A program made the translations under genes and the position numbers. 64,000 nt of DNA, from contig CAYHTW010000001.1 of assembly GCA_964360065.1 (NCBI GenBank), forward strand, positions 86,289 through 150,288, written 5' to 3'. The stretch's first letter is position 1. Each line of letters starts with the position of its first letter. Origin of the DNA: an uncultured Candidatus Saccharibacteria bacterium (GTDB lineage Bacteria; Patescibacteriota; Minisyncoccia; UBA6257; Colwellbacteraceae). Positions 48,347 to 58,555 of the stretch are shown here, one piece after another. The notes under the pieces are model-generated. The model was not told the origin of the DNA, did no database searches, and saw only the letters and a list, made by a program, of their open reading frames with translations.

Positions 48347-50548
48347 TTAGACCATAAGTCTCTTCACGGCGATGGCTATCAAAAGGATGAGCAATGCGAT
48401 GAGAAAAATAGTTAACCCGCTGCCCCAGCCAAAAGCTCCAAAGATGGAAGCGAGGAGGCTAGAACCGCCAACGTTGACATCCAAAGAAGCGAACAACGGA
48501 GTCATAGTGGCGCCGGTAGAATTTGAGTAGTTCAAGGTGCCTGTAGTAGTCACTTTGGTAACTTTGGAAGTATCGACGTCTTTAGACAAGTGGGCGTTCA
48601 GCTTCACTATTTGAATACTGTTGGCCACAATGTTGCCAAGGCTGTAAGTAATGGTATTGCCGCTCTTGTTAAAGACTGATGCAACAGAGCTGTCAAAAAC
48701 TAACGACGAGGCTAAGTTAATCTGGAGACTAGCTTTGTTGATGTCGGTTAAAGCATTAATCTCGGCTGTGATCACAACTGTGTCTCCGGAGTTCAGGGTG
48801 GATTTATCGGCAGTCAGAGTCAATTTAGCCAAACCATTGCCAACGGAAGCAACTTGCACAACCCTTTCAACAATAGTTTGGGTGTTCGTGGTAGAACGGT
48901 TGGCAACGGTTCTTACTAATCCGGACAGGGCCAGGTTCAATTGAGAAAGAGAATTAGATAAACCGCTCAAATCCTGGTTATTAGTAACGACAGTGGTGTT
49001 AGTAACGTTGCCTTGAGTGGTAAAGCTCAAGATGGAACCGTAAGTAATACCGTAACTATTTTGAGCCACTGCTCTGTAGTAGTAAGTGGTGTTTGATGAA
49101 AGGTTGAACACGCTCGCGGAAAAACTATTGGAAGAGTTGCCGGAACCGATGGAAGAACTTGAAGTTGCAAAACCAAAAGATTGAGTAGCCCCGTATTCAA
49201 ACCAAGCGGTTGTCGAAGAATTGTTCGGGTTTATGGAACTATACAATGTAGCGCTCGATGTAGAAACGCCGGAAGAAGAACTTGTGTTCACCAATGGCGC
49301 GCCCCCAAAAACTTGCTGACTTTGAGTTGTAAAGCTCAAAGTCGTTCCCTGGTTTGTACCTAAATTATTTTGCGCAATTGCTCGATAATAATAAGTAGTG
49401 TTTTGATATAAGTTCGTCACGCTGGAACTAAAATTATTAAACACGGTGCCAGAACCGATATTTTGTCTTGAAGTAGAAGAACCGAATGACTGGGTAGTCC
49501 CATATTCAAACCAACCTTCAGTAGAAACGCCCGTGGGATTTACAGACCCAGACAAAGTAGCGCTTGTCGTAGAAACTCCAGACGTAGCTTCTGTGCGAGC
49601 GACGGGAGCTCCACCCTGCTGCTGTTGTTCCGCGACAGTCGTGAAACTTAAGATAGAGCCCCTTACTGTCCCGTAAGAGTTTTGTGCAACTGCCCTGTAG
49701 TAATAAGTTGTATTAGAAGAAAGGCTGGAAGCTGTTGCAGAAAAACTTGTTTGAGAAGTCCCGCCGCCGATAGCAGAAGTAGAAGTAGTTGACCCCAACG
49801 ACTGCGTCTGCCCGTACTCAAACCAGGCGGTTGTAGATGAACTATTGGGGTTCACAGAACCATTCAATGTCACGTTAGATTGGATTAAATTAGTGTAAGA
49901 CGCTGTCGCTATGTAAGGAGCAGAGCCGGAATTGATATTGTTAGTCCCAACTTGAACTCGAATAAGCATATATCCGGAGCCTCCAGCTGGAACGTTACCA
50001 ATGTTAACACCATTAAAAGAGTTCACAACTTCATCTCCAGTCTGACCGGACGGAATACTGGTCCAAACTGAGCTAGAACCGGTGTACCACTTTGCAGAAC
50101 CGTTGATGTAAGTTAACGACTGGCTGCCGATGCCATTCAGAGTAACTGATGTGTTGCCGTTAATCTGACTGGTTCTGTCGCTCGTCACATAACCAGTGAC
50201 GAACAAAGAACCACTAGAAATGGATGTAGGCAGATTTATCTTCAACCTAGTGTTGGTAGCGGTAGCGTCCCCTGTGTTGTGGTAAAAGACGAGAAAGTTC
50301 AAAACATCCCCAGCGTTTACATTAGCACTGTTACTCCAAGCGGAGTTGGTATACGGGCTAGTGGTGGCGTTAACGACTTGTAGTGTCGACCTGTCGCCTG
50401 AGGCTGTATTGAATTGGGCAGCGGCCAAAACCGTAGGGGCTAAGCTAAGCAAAACAGCCGCTCCAAAAGCGATAGCAGAAAACTTATTAATTAAATTCAT
50501 TTTCATTTTATTTATATTTGTTTCTTGTGACTTTTTATCTTCGCTCAC
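48347..50548 (-). CDS. Large Ser/Thr-rich surface protein with signal peptide, three tandem about 96-aa Fn3-like repeats and C-terminal hydrophobic anchor
   Basis: Signal peptide; repeats WFEYG.TQSFG...TTYYYRA.AQN..G...SFTT x3; C-terminal TM LTIFLIALLILLIAIAV. Confidence 0.6.
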   Translation of the reverse strand: MSEDKKSQETNINKMKMNLINKFSAIAFGAAVLLSLAPTVLAAAQFNTASGDRSTLQVVNATTSPYTNSAWSNSANVNAGDVLNFLVFYHNTGDATATNTRLKINLPTSISSGSLFVTGYVTSDRTSQINGNTSVTLNGIGSQSLTYINGSAKWYTGSSSVWTSIPSGQTGDEVVNSFNGVNIGNVPAGGSGYMLIRVQVGTNNINSGSAPYIATASYTNLIQSNVTLNGSVNPNSSSTTAWFEYGQTQSLGSTTSTSAIGGGTSQTSFSATASSLSSNTTYYYRAVAQNSYGTVRGSILSFTTVAEQQQQGGAPVARTEATSGVSTTSATLSGSVNPTGVSTEGWFEYGTTQSFGSSTSRQNIGSGTVFNNFSSSVTNLYQNTTYYYRAIAQNNLGTNQGTTLSFTTQSQQVFGGAPLVNTSSSSGVSTSSATLYSSINPNNSSTTAWFEYGATQSFGFATSSSSIGSGNSSNSFSASVFNLSSNTTYYYRAVAQNSYGITYGSILSFTTQGNVTNTTVVTNNQDLSGLSNSLSQLNLALSGLVRTVANRSTTNTQTIVERVVQVASVGNGLAKLTLTADKSTLNSGDTVVITAEINALTDINKASLQINLASSLVFDSSVASVFNKSGNTITYSLGNIVANSIQIVKLNAHLSKDVDTSKVTKVTTTGTLNYSNSTGATMTPLFASLDVNVGGSSLLASIFGAFGWGSGLTIFLIALLILLIAIAVKRLMV
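49006..49876. repeat. Three tandem about 290-bp coding repeats within the surface-protein gene
   Basis: Protein-level triple repeat maps to this span. Confidence 0.5.
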
Positions 50549-50662
50549 ATTTAAAACTTCTATTTACCCTCCAAGCTATCAAGAAACGATAAAAGTCTTA
50601 AAGATGAGGGCAAACTTGTGCTTGCCCTATCTCTCGTAGGTTAACCTGAGTCATAAATCCGT

Positions 50663-51058
50663 CTAATAAGACGGGTAAGGCTGAGGTCCTATCCCTGAAG
50701 TTGATCCTCCATTGTCGCTGTATGGAACTCCACCAACGGAACCGGAGCCATAAGTCGTACCTGTCTGAGGCGTTGGGTTGCTGTAAGGCGGATGCCCAAT
50801 GTAAGACGGGTTTGGTTGTGGCTGTGGTACAGGTGTAGGCTTCGGTTTCGGCTTTGGCGTTATGACCGCCGCGTGATACTCCCTGCACTTGCAGAGACAG
50901 TCTTGGCTGTAAGACTGAACGACATCAGGCGTTGGCGAGTTAGTGTAGTTATAAAACCACCTATCTACCCCAAAAAGCATAAAAGCGAAGAATACGAGAA
51001 TGATACCTATGCAGGTCATCGTGACGATCTTGCGACCGCCAATTTTAATGTTTTCCAT
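50663..51058 (-). CDS. Small membrane-anchored Pro-rich protein (PKPKPKPTPVPQPQP)
   Basis: TM helix then low-complexity Pro-rich tail. Confidence 0.4.
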   Translation of the reverse strand: MENIKIGGRKIVTMTCIGIILVFFAFMLFGVDRWFYNYTNSPTPDVVQSYSQDCLCKCREYHAAVITPKPKPKPTPVPQPQPNPSYIGHPPYSNPTPQTGTTYGSGSVGGVPYSDNGGSTSGIGPQPYPSY

Positions 51059-51227
51059 AAGAATACATTAAGTGACCTACCTCAAGTACTCCCCGAAATA
51101 GGCCCCATTAATCGAATAAACTAATAAATTCGACCTAAACTAAAATCGGGCCACTTTCAGACGTACCTGATCCGATTTAAAGAACGGGCTGAATATACCA
51201 TATCTTAGCTTTTTTGTCAATATGAGC

Positions 51228-53753
51228 CTAGACAACTAGGTTAATAAGCCTATTAAGAACGAACACTATTTTAGTTATGTTTTTACCTCTGATGTACCTC
51301 TCTACGCTCTGGTCTTTTAGGGCTAAGGCAATCGCTTCTTTTTCTGTTAAGCCAGCGGAAGCCCTGACCTTAGCCCGAAACTTGCCGTTAACTTGTATCA
51401 CTAAATCAAAGTGATCTTCCTTAAACAATTTCTCGTTATATTCTGGCCACTTTTCTTTATGAATAGTTTTTTTGTTTTTTAGCTGACTCCAGAGTTCTTC
51501 GGTGATGTGAGGGGCAAAAGGAGCTAAGAGTTTCAAGAAAGATTCAAATTGCTTTTTAGTAATGGCTCCGGAACGCTTTTCAAAATCATTCAAGAGAATC
51601 ATCAGGGTTGAAATGGCAGTGTTATAACTAAGAGACTCAAGGTCGTCCCCTACTTTTTTAATAGTCTTGTTAACCAGTACATCAAGCTTAGCTTCGGCCT
51701 TAGGGGCGAATTTCTTAGTCTGGCCGATTACCCAGACTCTTTCAAGGAACCTGGTAATACCTTTAACGCCGCTGTCGCTAAAGTCTCCCCCATCTTCAAA
51801 TGGACCAAGAAACATCAAATACATTCTTAAAGCATCAGCGCCAAAGTTTTTAATGTACTCGTCTGGATTAACCACGTTACCCTTTGATTTGGACATTTTA
51901 CTTCCGCCTTTGATGATAAGGCCGTGGGCCCTGAACTTATGGAAAGGTTCCTCAAAATTAGTCAGTTTCATATCTTTAAAAAACATTGCCAAGAAACGAA
52001 CGTAAAGTAAATGTAAGACGGCGTGTTCCGCTCCACCGATGTACATATTCACTGGCAGCCATTTTTTTATTAACGCCTTATCAACGATGAATTTTTGATT
52101 TTTGCCGCCCAATTTTATTGAACGAGCCTCGCCCTTTCGGGGCGGGATTTTTGATTTTTGATTTCCGAGGATAAGGTATCCGAGGTAATACCAAGCAGAA
52201 TCCAGGAAGGTGTCTGATACGTCTGTCTCACGTTTCCCCCAGCTTTTACACTTAGGGCACCTGACTTTGTAGAAAGACTCAACTGAGGCTAATGGAGACT
52301 GATCTGTACCGGTGGGCCTGAAGTTTTTCACATAAGGCAGTTTAACCGGCAAATTCTTTTCGGGCACAATATACCAGCCCGGCATATCTTCCCTTTCGCC
52401 AAAACCCCTGCCCGCACAGGCTTTACAGAAGATCATCGGTATGGGCGGACCCCAATATCTCTGCCTGGAGATAAGCCAATCCCTTAATCTATACTGTGTC
52501 TGTTTTTTAGCGCCAATTTGTTTTACTATCGCGTCTTTAGCATGGTCCGAAAACATCCCATTAAACTTATGGGAATTAATCAAATGTCCGGTGCCGATAT
52601 AAGCCCGCTCATGTTCATTACAAGCTTCGTTATGCTCTTTGGGACAGACAACAACGCGTATGGGAAGCTTAAACTTATGAGCGAACTCAAAATCTCTCTC
52701 ATCGTGAGCAGGTACTGCCATAATAGCTCCTGTGCCAACATTACCCAAAACATAGTCTGATATCCAGACTGGAATTTTTTCTCTGCTCCCGGGATTCACC
52801 GCTGAAACGCCAGAAAAAATCCCCGTCTTTTCGGTTGTATTTTCTCTTTTGGCGGATGACCTGCGCGCTAGAGCACCAGCGACATACTTTTTAACTTTTT
52901 TGTCCGCCTGCCAGCCAATATCAAGCCATAGCTTCGCGCGCTCGGGAGAGATAACCATAAATGTGGCACCGAATATGGTATCGGGGCGCGTAGTGAATAT
53001 TTCTAGCGAATGTTTATCATTCTTCTGCACAGGAATATCAATCAGCGGGAACGTAATTAAAGCGCCTTCCGAACGTCCTATCCAGTTTCTCTGGGCTATT
53101 TTTACTTTTTCAGACCAATCAATTTTATCCAAATTATTAAGCAATCTTTCCGAGTAATCGGTGATCTTGAAAAACCATTGTTCCAAGTCTCTATTGATAA
53201 CTTCGGTACTACAGCGTTCGCACTTGCTGTTAATAACCTGCTCGTCGGCCAATACGGTTTTGCACGATGGGCACCAATTAACCGGAGACTTCTTGCGGTA
53301 AGCCAAACCGCGCTTGAACATTTGAGTGAAGATCCACTGTGTCCACTTATAGTAAGCCGGGTCATAAGTAGCCAGGGCCTCTTTCCAAGCAAACCCGTTG
53401 CCAATAAGTTGGAGCTGACGGTAAAAATTCTTTTGGGAAATCTTAGCTTGTTCGGCTGGGTGACGACCAATTTTAATAGCATAGTTTTCGGAGTGTATTC
53501 CGAAGCCGTCCAAACCGATTGGTTCAAAGACATCGTTACCCTGCATTCGCTTGAAGCGACCATAAATATCCGTACCTGTAAAAGCATACATATTGCCAAC
53601 ATGTAGCCCCTCAGCCGAAGGGTACGGAAACATCATTAGATTATAGAAGGGTTTTTTGCTCCGCCGGCTGGCGGATTTCCAGTCCGGCTCATAGGTTTTT
53701 TCGGCAAGCCATATTTTCTGCCACTTCTTTTCTATCTTAGAAAAAGGATACAT
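51228..53753 (-). CDS. leuS: Leucyl-tRNA synthetase
   Basis: HVGN (HIGH-like), KMSKS, editing CP1 domain; 841 aa. Confidence 0.9.
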   Translation of the reverse strand: MYPFSKIEKKWQKIWLAEKTYEPDWKSASRRSKKPFYNLMMFPYPSAEGLHVGNMYAFTGTDIYGRFKRMQGNDVFEPIGLDGFGIHSENYAIKIGRHPAEQAKISQKNFYRQLQLIGNGFAWKEALATYDPAYYKWTQWIFTQMFKRGLAYRKKSPVNWCPSCKTVLADEQVINSKCERCSTEVINRDLEQWFFKITDYSERLLNNLDKIDWSEKVKIAQRNWIGRSEGALITFPLIDIPVQKNDKHSLEIFTTRPDTIFGATFMVISPERAKLWLDIGWQADKKVKKYVAGALARRSSAKRENTTEKTGIFSGVSAVNPGSREKIPVWISDYVLGNVGTGAIMAVPAHDERDFEFAHKFKLPIRVVVCPKEHNEACNEHERAYIGTGHLINSHKFNGMFSDHAKDAIVKQIGAKKQTQYRLRDWLISRQRYWGPPIPMIFCKACAGRGFGEREDMPGWYIVPEKNLPVKLPYVKNFRPTGTDQSPLASVESFYKVRCPKCKSWGKRETDVSDTFLDSAWYYLGYLILGNQKSKIPPRKGEARSIKLGGKNQKFIVDKALIKKWLPVNMYIGGAEHAVLHLLYVRFLAMFFKDMKLTNFEEPFHKFRAHGLIIKGGSKMSKSKGNVVNPDEYIKNFGADALRMYLMFLGPFEDGGDFSDSGVKGITRFLERVWVIGQTKKFAPKAEAKLDVLVNKTIKKVGDDLESLSYNTAISTLMILLNDFEKRSGAITKKQFESFLKLLAPFAPHITEELWSQLKNKKTIHKEKWPEYNEKLFKEDHFDLVIQVNGKFRAKVRASAGLTEKEAIALALKDQSVERYIRGKNITKIVFVLNRLINLVV
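52090..52172. repeat. In-frame hairpin element inside leuS: TIRs CCGCCC/GGGCGG with internal stem-loop, flanked by tandem GATTTTT heptamers
   Basis: gaatttttgatttttg|CCGCCCaattttattgaacgagcctcgccctttcgGGGCGG|gatttttgatttttgatttcc; corresponds to about 20 extra aa (..NQKSKIPPRKGEARSIKLGGKNQKF..) relative to E. coli LeuRS as I recall it. Confidence 0.55.
53659..53676. repeat. GC palindrome family copy CTCCGCCGGCTGGCGGAT inside leuS N-terminus (encodes SASRR)
   Basis: CCGCCGGCTGGCGG core. Confidence 0.8.
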
Positions 53754-53906
53754 AAAACAATGTTACAGTTTTTGATTTCTAATTGCTAATTGCTCTAATC
53801 GGCTTAATCAAATATAAAATGAAACCGAGGTTAGATTTTGATACTAATCAATTACTTTTATTTTCCATATCACAAAGCGTCGTTCCAAACTTTACACCAT
53901 GAAATC

Positions 53907-54749
53907 TTACATATTAATCTTCAATATTTTTTTGGCGTTGGCGGTGGTTTTTTCCGCTACCGTCTCCGAGGAAAGTTCTAATATTTTTGCTATGGCTCCG
54001 GCTGTATGAACCAGGTACGATGGTTCATTGCGCTTACCCCTGAAAGGAGTCGGCGTCACATAGGGCGCGTCTGTCTCCAGAACAATTTTATCCAAGCCGA
54101 TTTTCTTGATTGATGCGTCGTAGTCTCTTGTAAATGTCGTGACTCCCCCAAAAGAAAAATAAAATCCAAGGTCCATCAATTCGGCGGCGTCCTCCGGAGT
54201 GCCGCTGAAGAAATGAATAATGCCGGGACTGTCGTTAAGTTTGTTTTTATTTTTAACAATACAATCTATTAAATCCCTGAAAGCATTACGGCAGTGAATC
54301 ATCAGGGGTTTCCGGAGCTCAAAGCTCAGATTTATCTGAGCCTCAAAGACTTCCAGCTGTTTATCACGGGTAGCTTCCTCCAGGCGGTAGTAATCCAAAC
54401 CACACTCACCTACCGCCAGGACCTTAGGGTCGCCCCCTAGTTTTTTATAAAAATCATAGTCAAAAAGTTCCCCACGGCTCGTAAAGTCTTTAGCGGCAAC
54501 TCCTTCACCTAACTCCTTGCTGTCGTGGTAAAACTTTTCGGTATGAATGGGATGCAGACCGATTGTGGCGTAAACGCCTTCTTTATAAAGATTCGCTACT
54601 TCTACGGCTTTAGAAGATGTGTCTTGTTGGGTGCCTACATTAACAAGCCAGATGCCGGACTTGAGAGACCTATCAATAACTTCAGCTATATCCGAGTCAT
54701 AGGCGGCGAACTGAACGTGAGTGTGAACGTCTATTAGTTTAGGCTTCAT
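53907..54749 (-). CDS. tatD: TatD family metal-dependent DNase/hydrolase
   Basis: LIDVHTHV motif; start moved to MKPKLIDVHTH to avoid overlap with metG. Confidence 0.8.
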   Translation of the reverse strand: MKPKLIDVHTHVQFAAYDSDIAEVIDRSLKSGIWLVNVGTQQDTSSKAVEVANLYKEGVYATIGLHPIHTEKFYHDSKELGEGVAAKDFTSRGELFDYDFYKKLGGDPKVLAVGECGLDYYRLEEATRDKQLEVFEAQINLSFELRKPLMIHCRNAFRDLIDCIVKNKNKLNDSPGIIHFFSGTPEDAAELMDLGFYFSFGGVTTFTRDYDASIKKIGLDKIVLETDAPYVTPTPFRGKRNEPSYLVHTAGAIAKILELSSETVAEKTTANAKKILKINM

Positions 54750-54772
54750 TAATTTAAGTTTTTTAGACCATA

Positions 54773-56233
54773 CTAGTCTCTGCGAAGGAATAAGGGTTTT
54801 TCCGGGATAGCGTTGCGACTGACCAGATCTTTTATCTTTTCTGAAGTCTCTGGTAAAAAAAGTTCCAAAATAATGGCAATTCTCCATAGGCCCTCAACCA
54901 ACGTGGCTACAACTTTTTTAGCCTCGGCAACATTGTCCTTAACAAGACGAAAAGGTTTTTTTACTCCGATATAAGCGTCCAGATTCTGGATTTCTGACCA
55001 AACCTCATCCAAAGCTCTGTTGTAATCATATTTTTCGAGATGGTCAAAAATGGAAGCAGCCCACTCGCTCTCTAGTATCTCTTCGCGATTAGCGAGATTA
55101 GCAGCGACACCGTAGTCGGAGGACATTTTCATAATACGACTGACTAAATTGCCTAAGCCATTAGCCAGATTAGCGTTGTAAGCTTCCTTGAACTTAGCAA
55201 CGGTGAACTCACTATCTTCAAAAGGATGGATGTGACGGAGTAAAAAGTAACGCAGGGCATCCGTACTGTACTGCTCCACAACTTCATATGGGTCAATGAC
55301 ACTACCAAGGCTCTTAGACATTTTTATGCCACCATCACCGATTACGAAGCCATGAATGATAATCTGCTTAGAGGGTTGAAGTCCTGCCGAGAACAACATC
55401 GCCTGCCACATAACAACTTGCTGTCTCACTTGGTCTTTACCCGCGAACTGAATTACAGGCCAATATCTAGTGAACTTCTCCATATCTTTCGGCCAGCCGA
55501 TAGCAGAAATGTAATTAATAAGTGCGTCGAACCAGACGTACATAACGTGAGCGTCGTCCTCCGGCACAGATATACCCCATGGCATTTTGTCCTTCAGGCG
55601 AGAGATACTGAAATCGTGTAGCCCATCACGCTCTATAAGAGATTTCATTTCGTTAAGCCTAAGGCTTGGCACTACAAAATCAGGACGGTCGGTGTAGAGT
55701 TTAACCAAGTCGTCCTGATATTTGGAAAGTTTAAAAAAATAATTCTCTTCTTCTCTGTTCTCTACTTCCATTTTGGGATGAATCGGACACTTACCGTCAA
55801 TCAATTCCGAATCGGTTTTTTCCAGCTCACAGCCAACGCAATATCTTATTTTGTAGAACTTCTTATAAATGTCGCCTTTCTTTAAGCAAATTCTCCAGAA
55901 CTCCCTGGCAGCTTCTTTGTGGTCGGGGTCGGTAGTGCGGGTAAAAAGATCATAGGAAAAATTGAGTATCTTTTTTAAGGCATCAAAAGTAGCCGCATAT
56001 TCGTCAGCGTAAGCCTGGGGGTCTTGGCCTGCTTCTTGTGCTTTCTTATAAATCTTTTGGCCATGTTCGTCTGTACCAAAGTTTAATATGACGTCGTACC
56101 CCTGAAGTCGCTTATACCTAGCCACCACATCGGCCTGCACAAACTCCAGGGCATGCCCGACATGCGGACGGTCATTAACATACGGCAAGGTCGTCGTCAG
56201 GTAATAGCTCTTTTTAGCGAAGTTGTGATTCAT
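54773..56233 (-). CDS. metG: Methionyl-tRNA synthetase (catalytic core without C-terminal tRNA-binding domain)
   Basis: HVGH (HIGH), KMSKS, Zn knuckle CVGC..C..H. Confidence 0.9.
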   Translation of the reverse strand: MNHNFAKKSYYLTTTLPYVNDRPHVGHALEFVQADVVARYKRLQGYDVILNFGTDEHGQKIYKKAQEAGQDPQAYADEYAATFDALKKILNFSYDLFTRTTDPDHKEAAREFWRICLKKGDIYKKFYKIRYCVGCELEKTDSELIDGKCPIHPKMEVENREEENYFFKLSKYQDDLVKLYTDRPDFVVPSLRLNEMKSLIERDGLHDFSISRLKDKMPWGISVPEDDAHVMYVWFDALINYISAIGWPKDMEKFTRYWPVIQFAGKDQVRQQVVMWQAMLFSAGLQPSKQIIIHGFVIGDGGIKMSKSLGSVIDPYEVVEQYSTDALRYFLLRHIHPFEDSEFTVAKFKEAYNANLANGLGNLVSRIMKMSSDYGVAANLANREEILESEWAASIFDHLEKYDYNRALDEVWSEIQNLDAYIGVKKPFRLVKDNVAEAKKVVATLVEGLWRIAIILELFLPETSEKIKDLVSRNAIPEKPLFLRRD

Positions 56234-56251
56234 ATAGATGATGGTCGCAGA

Positions 56252-57274
56252 CTAGGCGTCTAAGTGGCGGCGGTTCATTTCTTTTTGAGCCACCCAGTCG
56301 TCAACCACTTCACTCGCTACCACCACAGCAGGGACAGCCAAGATCAAACCCACGAAACCAGCCAATTCTACTCCCCCCAAAAGAGCGATAAGGATAACCA
56401 CCGGGTGAACGTCTATGGCCTTCTTCATCATAGTAGGAACTAGAACATGATTTTCCAGTTGTTGAATAACTAAGAATAGAAGCAGTACATAGACACCAGT
56501 AGTAGTTGATTGAGAAAGTCCAACAACAACAGCGACACCGCCCGCAAAGATTGGCCCTACAATCGGAACGAGCTCAAAGATGGCGGCGAATATTCCAAGA
56601 ATTACGGCGTATTTAACTCCGAGTAACCAAAGTCCGGTGAAAACCATAAAACCTACTACGAAAGAAAGAATTAGTTGAGCTTGAAACCAATGGCCGATTT
56701 TTTTCTTGGAACGATAGTAAATACTTAGAACTTTATCTTCCAGGTCTTCTGGAAAAACAGCGCGGATAAATCTGCCCACGCCATCACGGCTAAGCGTGAG
56801 GTAGAAAGCAATTACAAGCGTTGCAAGCAGAGAGGTTATCCCACCGAGCAAACGACCCATTATTCCCAAGAAAGAAGTACTCCCGGCGAAAAGCGCATTG
56901 GATACACTTTCCAGATTACTGTTAATAATATCTGTAAGCTGCTGGGGGATGCCCAAGTTTAAAATCTGACCTACTACGCCGTCTAAATTATTAAAAATCC
57001 CACGAAGCTCAAATAAAGCTATAGGAACAATTGTGTAGATTAGAATGGCAATAGAGAGTAAAAATGCGAGGAAAACAAGAATTGTCCCCAACAATCTGGG
57101 AATACGCCAGCTCTCCAGCTTGATGACCAGGGAGTCAAGCGCTGAAGAGATAAAGATGGCTAGAAAGAGTACTGTAATCGCGTTCAGAGCAAAGTAAAAA
57201 AGGACAGCGAGAGATAACATAAGCAGCACCCTCCACAGAGTGGCCCAAGATATTTCCACGATCAAACGGTTCAT
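56252..57274 (-). CDS. AI-2E family transporter (PerM/UPF0118)
   Basis: 8 TM topology, 340 aa. Confidence 0.75.
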   Translation of the reverse strand: MNRLIVEISWATLWRVLLMLSLAVLFYFALNAITVLFLAIFISSALDSLVIKLESWRIPRLLGTILVFLAFLLSIAILIYTIVPIALFELRGIFNNLDGVVGQILNLGIPQQLTDIINSNLESVSNALFAGSTSFLGIMGRLLGGITSLLATLVIAFYLTLSRDGVGRFIRAVFPEDLEDKVLSIYYRSKKKIGHWFQAQLILSFVVGFMVFTGLWLLGVKYAVILGIFAAIFELVPIVGPIFAGGVAVVVGLSQSTTTGVYVLLLFLVIQQLENHVLVPTMMKKAIDVHPVVILIALLGGVELAGFVGLILAVPAVVVASEVVDDWVAQKEMNRRHLDA

Positions 57275-57283
57275 GGCTTTATA

Positions 57284-58555
57284 TTAATCCAAAGTAAGCA
57301 GTCTCCGCAATGGTTCTTCGTCCTTAACAGGACCAAGGAGAGCTAGGTTTAGACTTGAGGTCTTGAAGATGTCTCTCGCCAAACTCTTGATCTCTTCGGC
57401 TGTAACAGCCCTCAGCTTCTGCTCCAACTCCTTAGGGGAGAGAATGTTGCCTGTCATAATTTCTTCGCCACCATAAAAACGGGAGATGTCATCTGATGTT
57501 TCCAGGCCTATCACCATATTGCCCACCAGATGGTTCTTGGCTATTTCCAGCTCTTCTTTCGAAACTAAGTTGTCCCGCAAGTCCTTAAACTCTTTGATGA
57601 TAGTTGCCAAAACTATTTCCAGCTTGTCATTAGCCACTCCGGCGGAGGTCGAGAAATAACCGTGGTCAAGCGACAACTGGCTCTCCGAGTGAACATAATA
57701 AGCGGCGCCTAGTTCTTCCCTAACTTTTACAAATAGTCGCGAACTCATCCCGCCTCCCAAAAGATCGGAGAGAACCCCTAAAGCGAAACGTCTGCCGTCA
57801 AAAAGACTGAAAGCCCTGACTCCCAGAATTAAATGAGTTTGGTCCGATTCTTTAGAATGGACCAAAATAGCCGGAGAGGATTGGGACTCGACCGTAACTG
57901 GCTTAGAGGATTTGCATCCGAGATTAACTCCAGAAAAAAGAGTTTTAACTTTTTGTATAGTGCTTACCTCTCCAAAATTGCCGGCTACGATGACTAGAGT
58001 ATGAGAAGCGACATAACGGGAATCGCGGTATTTAATAAAATCTTCTTTCTTGACACGGTTCACGACATCTTTCTCTCCAGCGATATCCCAACCTGCAGGC
58101 TGGTCGCCATAAATTAGTTTAGTGAAAACCGAATGAACTTTATGCATCGGTATATCTTCATACATATTAATCTCTTCAATAATCACTCCCCTTTCTTTAT
58201 CTATTTCATTGGGGTCAAAAACCGGATTCAAATACAAGTCGGAAACTATATCCAAAATCTTATCCAGGTGTTCGGCTTCGGCTTTGGCGTAATACCCGGT
58301 AACTTCGGTACTGGTAAAGGCATTGTAAGCTGCTCCGATACCATCCAGCTCCCTGCTAATATCAATCGCTTTGGGTCTTTTTAAAGTTCCTTTAAAACAC
58401 ATATGTTCCAGAAAGTGAGACAAACCGTTAATGTCTTTAGTTTCGTATTCCGAACCGGCCTCAACTAGAACCGAAACTGTGGTAGTTAAAGTCCCCGGCA
58501 TAGGAACGGTCAGAATCCTTAAGCCGTTCTCCAGAGTCGTTTTATTGAATTGCAT
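57284..58555 (-). CDS. M16 family zinc peptidase (insulinase-like)
   Basis: HFLEH inverted zinc motif. Confidence 0.8.
   Translation of the reverse strand: MQFNKTTLENGLRILTVPMPGTLTTTVSVLVEAGSEYETKDINGLSHFLEHMCFKGTLKRPKAIDISRELDGIGAAYNAFTSTEVTGYYAKAEAEHLDKILDIVSDLYLNPVFDPNEIDKERGVIIEEINMYEDIPMHKVHSVFTKLIYGDQPAGWDIAGEKDVVNRVKKEDFIKYRDSRYVASHTLVIVAGNFGEVSTIQKVKTLFSGVNLGCKSSKPVTVESQSSPAILVHSKESDQTHLILGVRAFSLFDGRRFALGVLSDLLGGGMSSRLFVKVREELGAAYYVHSESQLSLDHGYFSTSAGVANDKLEIVLATIIKEFKDLRDNLVSKEELEIAKNHLVGNMVIGLETSDDISRFYGGEEIMTGNILSPKELEQKLRAVTAEEIKSLARDIFKTSSLNLALLGPVKDEEPLRRLLTLD

Noticed and set aside
53907-54887. ORF-track TatD start at 54887 overlapping metG by 115 bp
   Set aside because: The conserved TatD N-terminus (KLIDVHTH) begins at the ATG at 54749; the upstream extension is not TatD-like.
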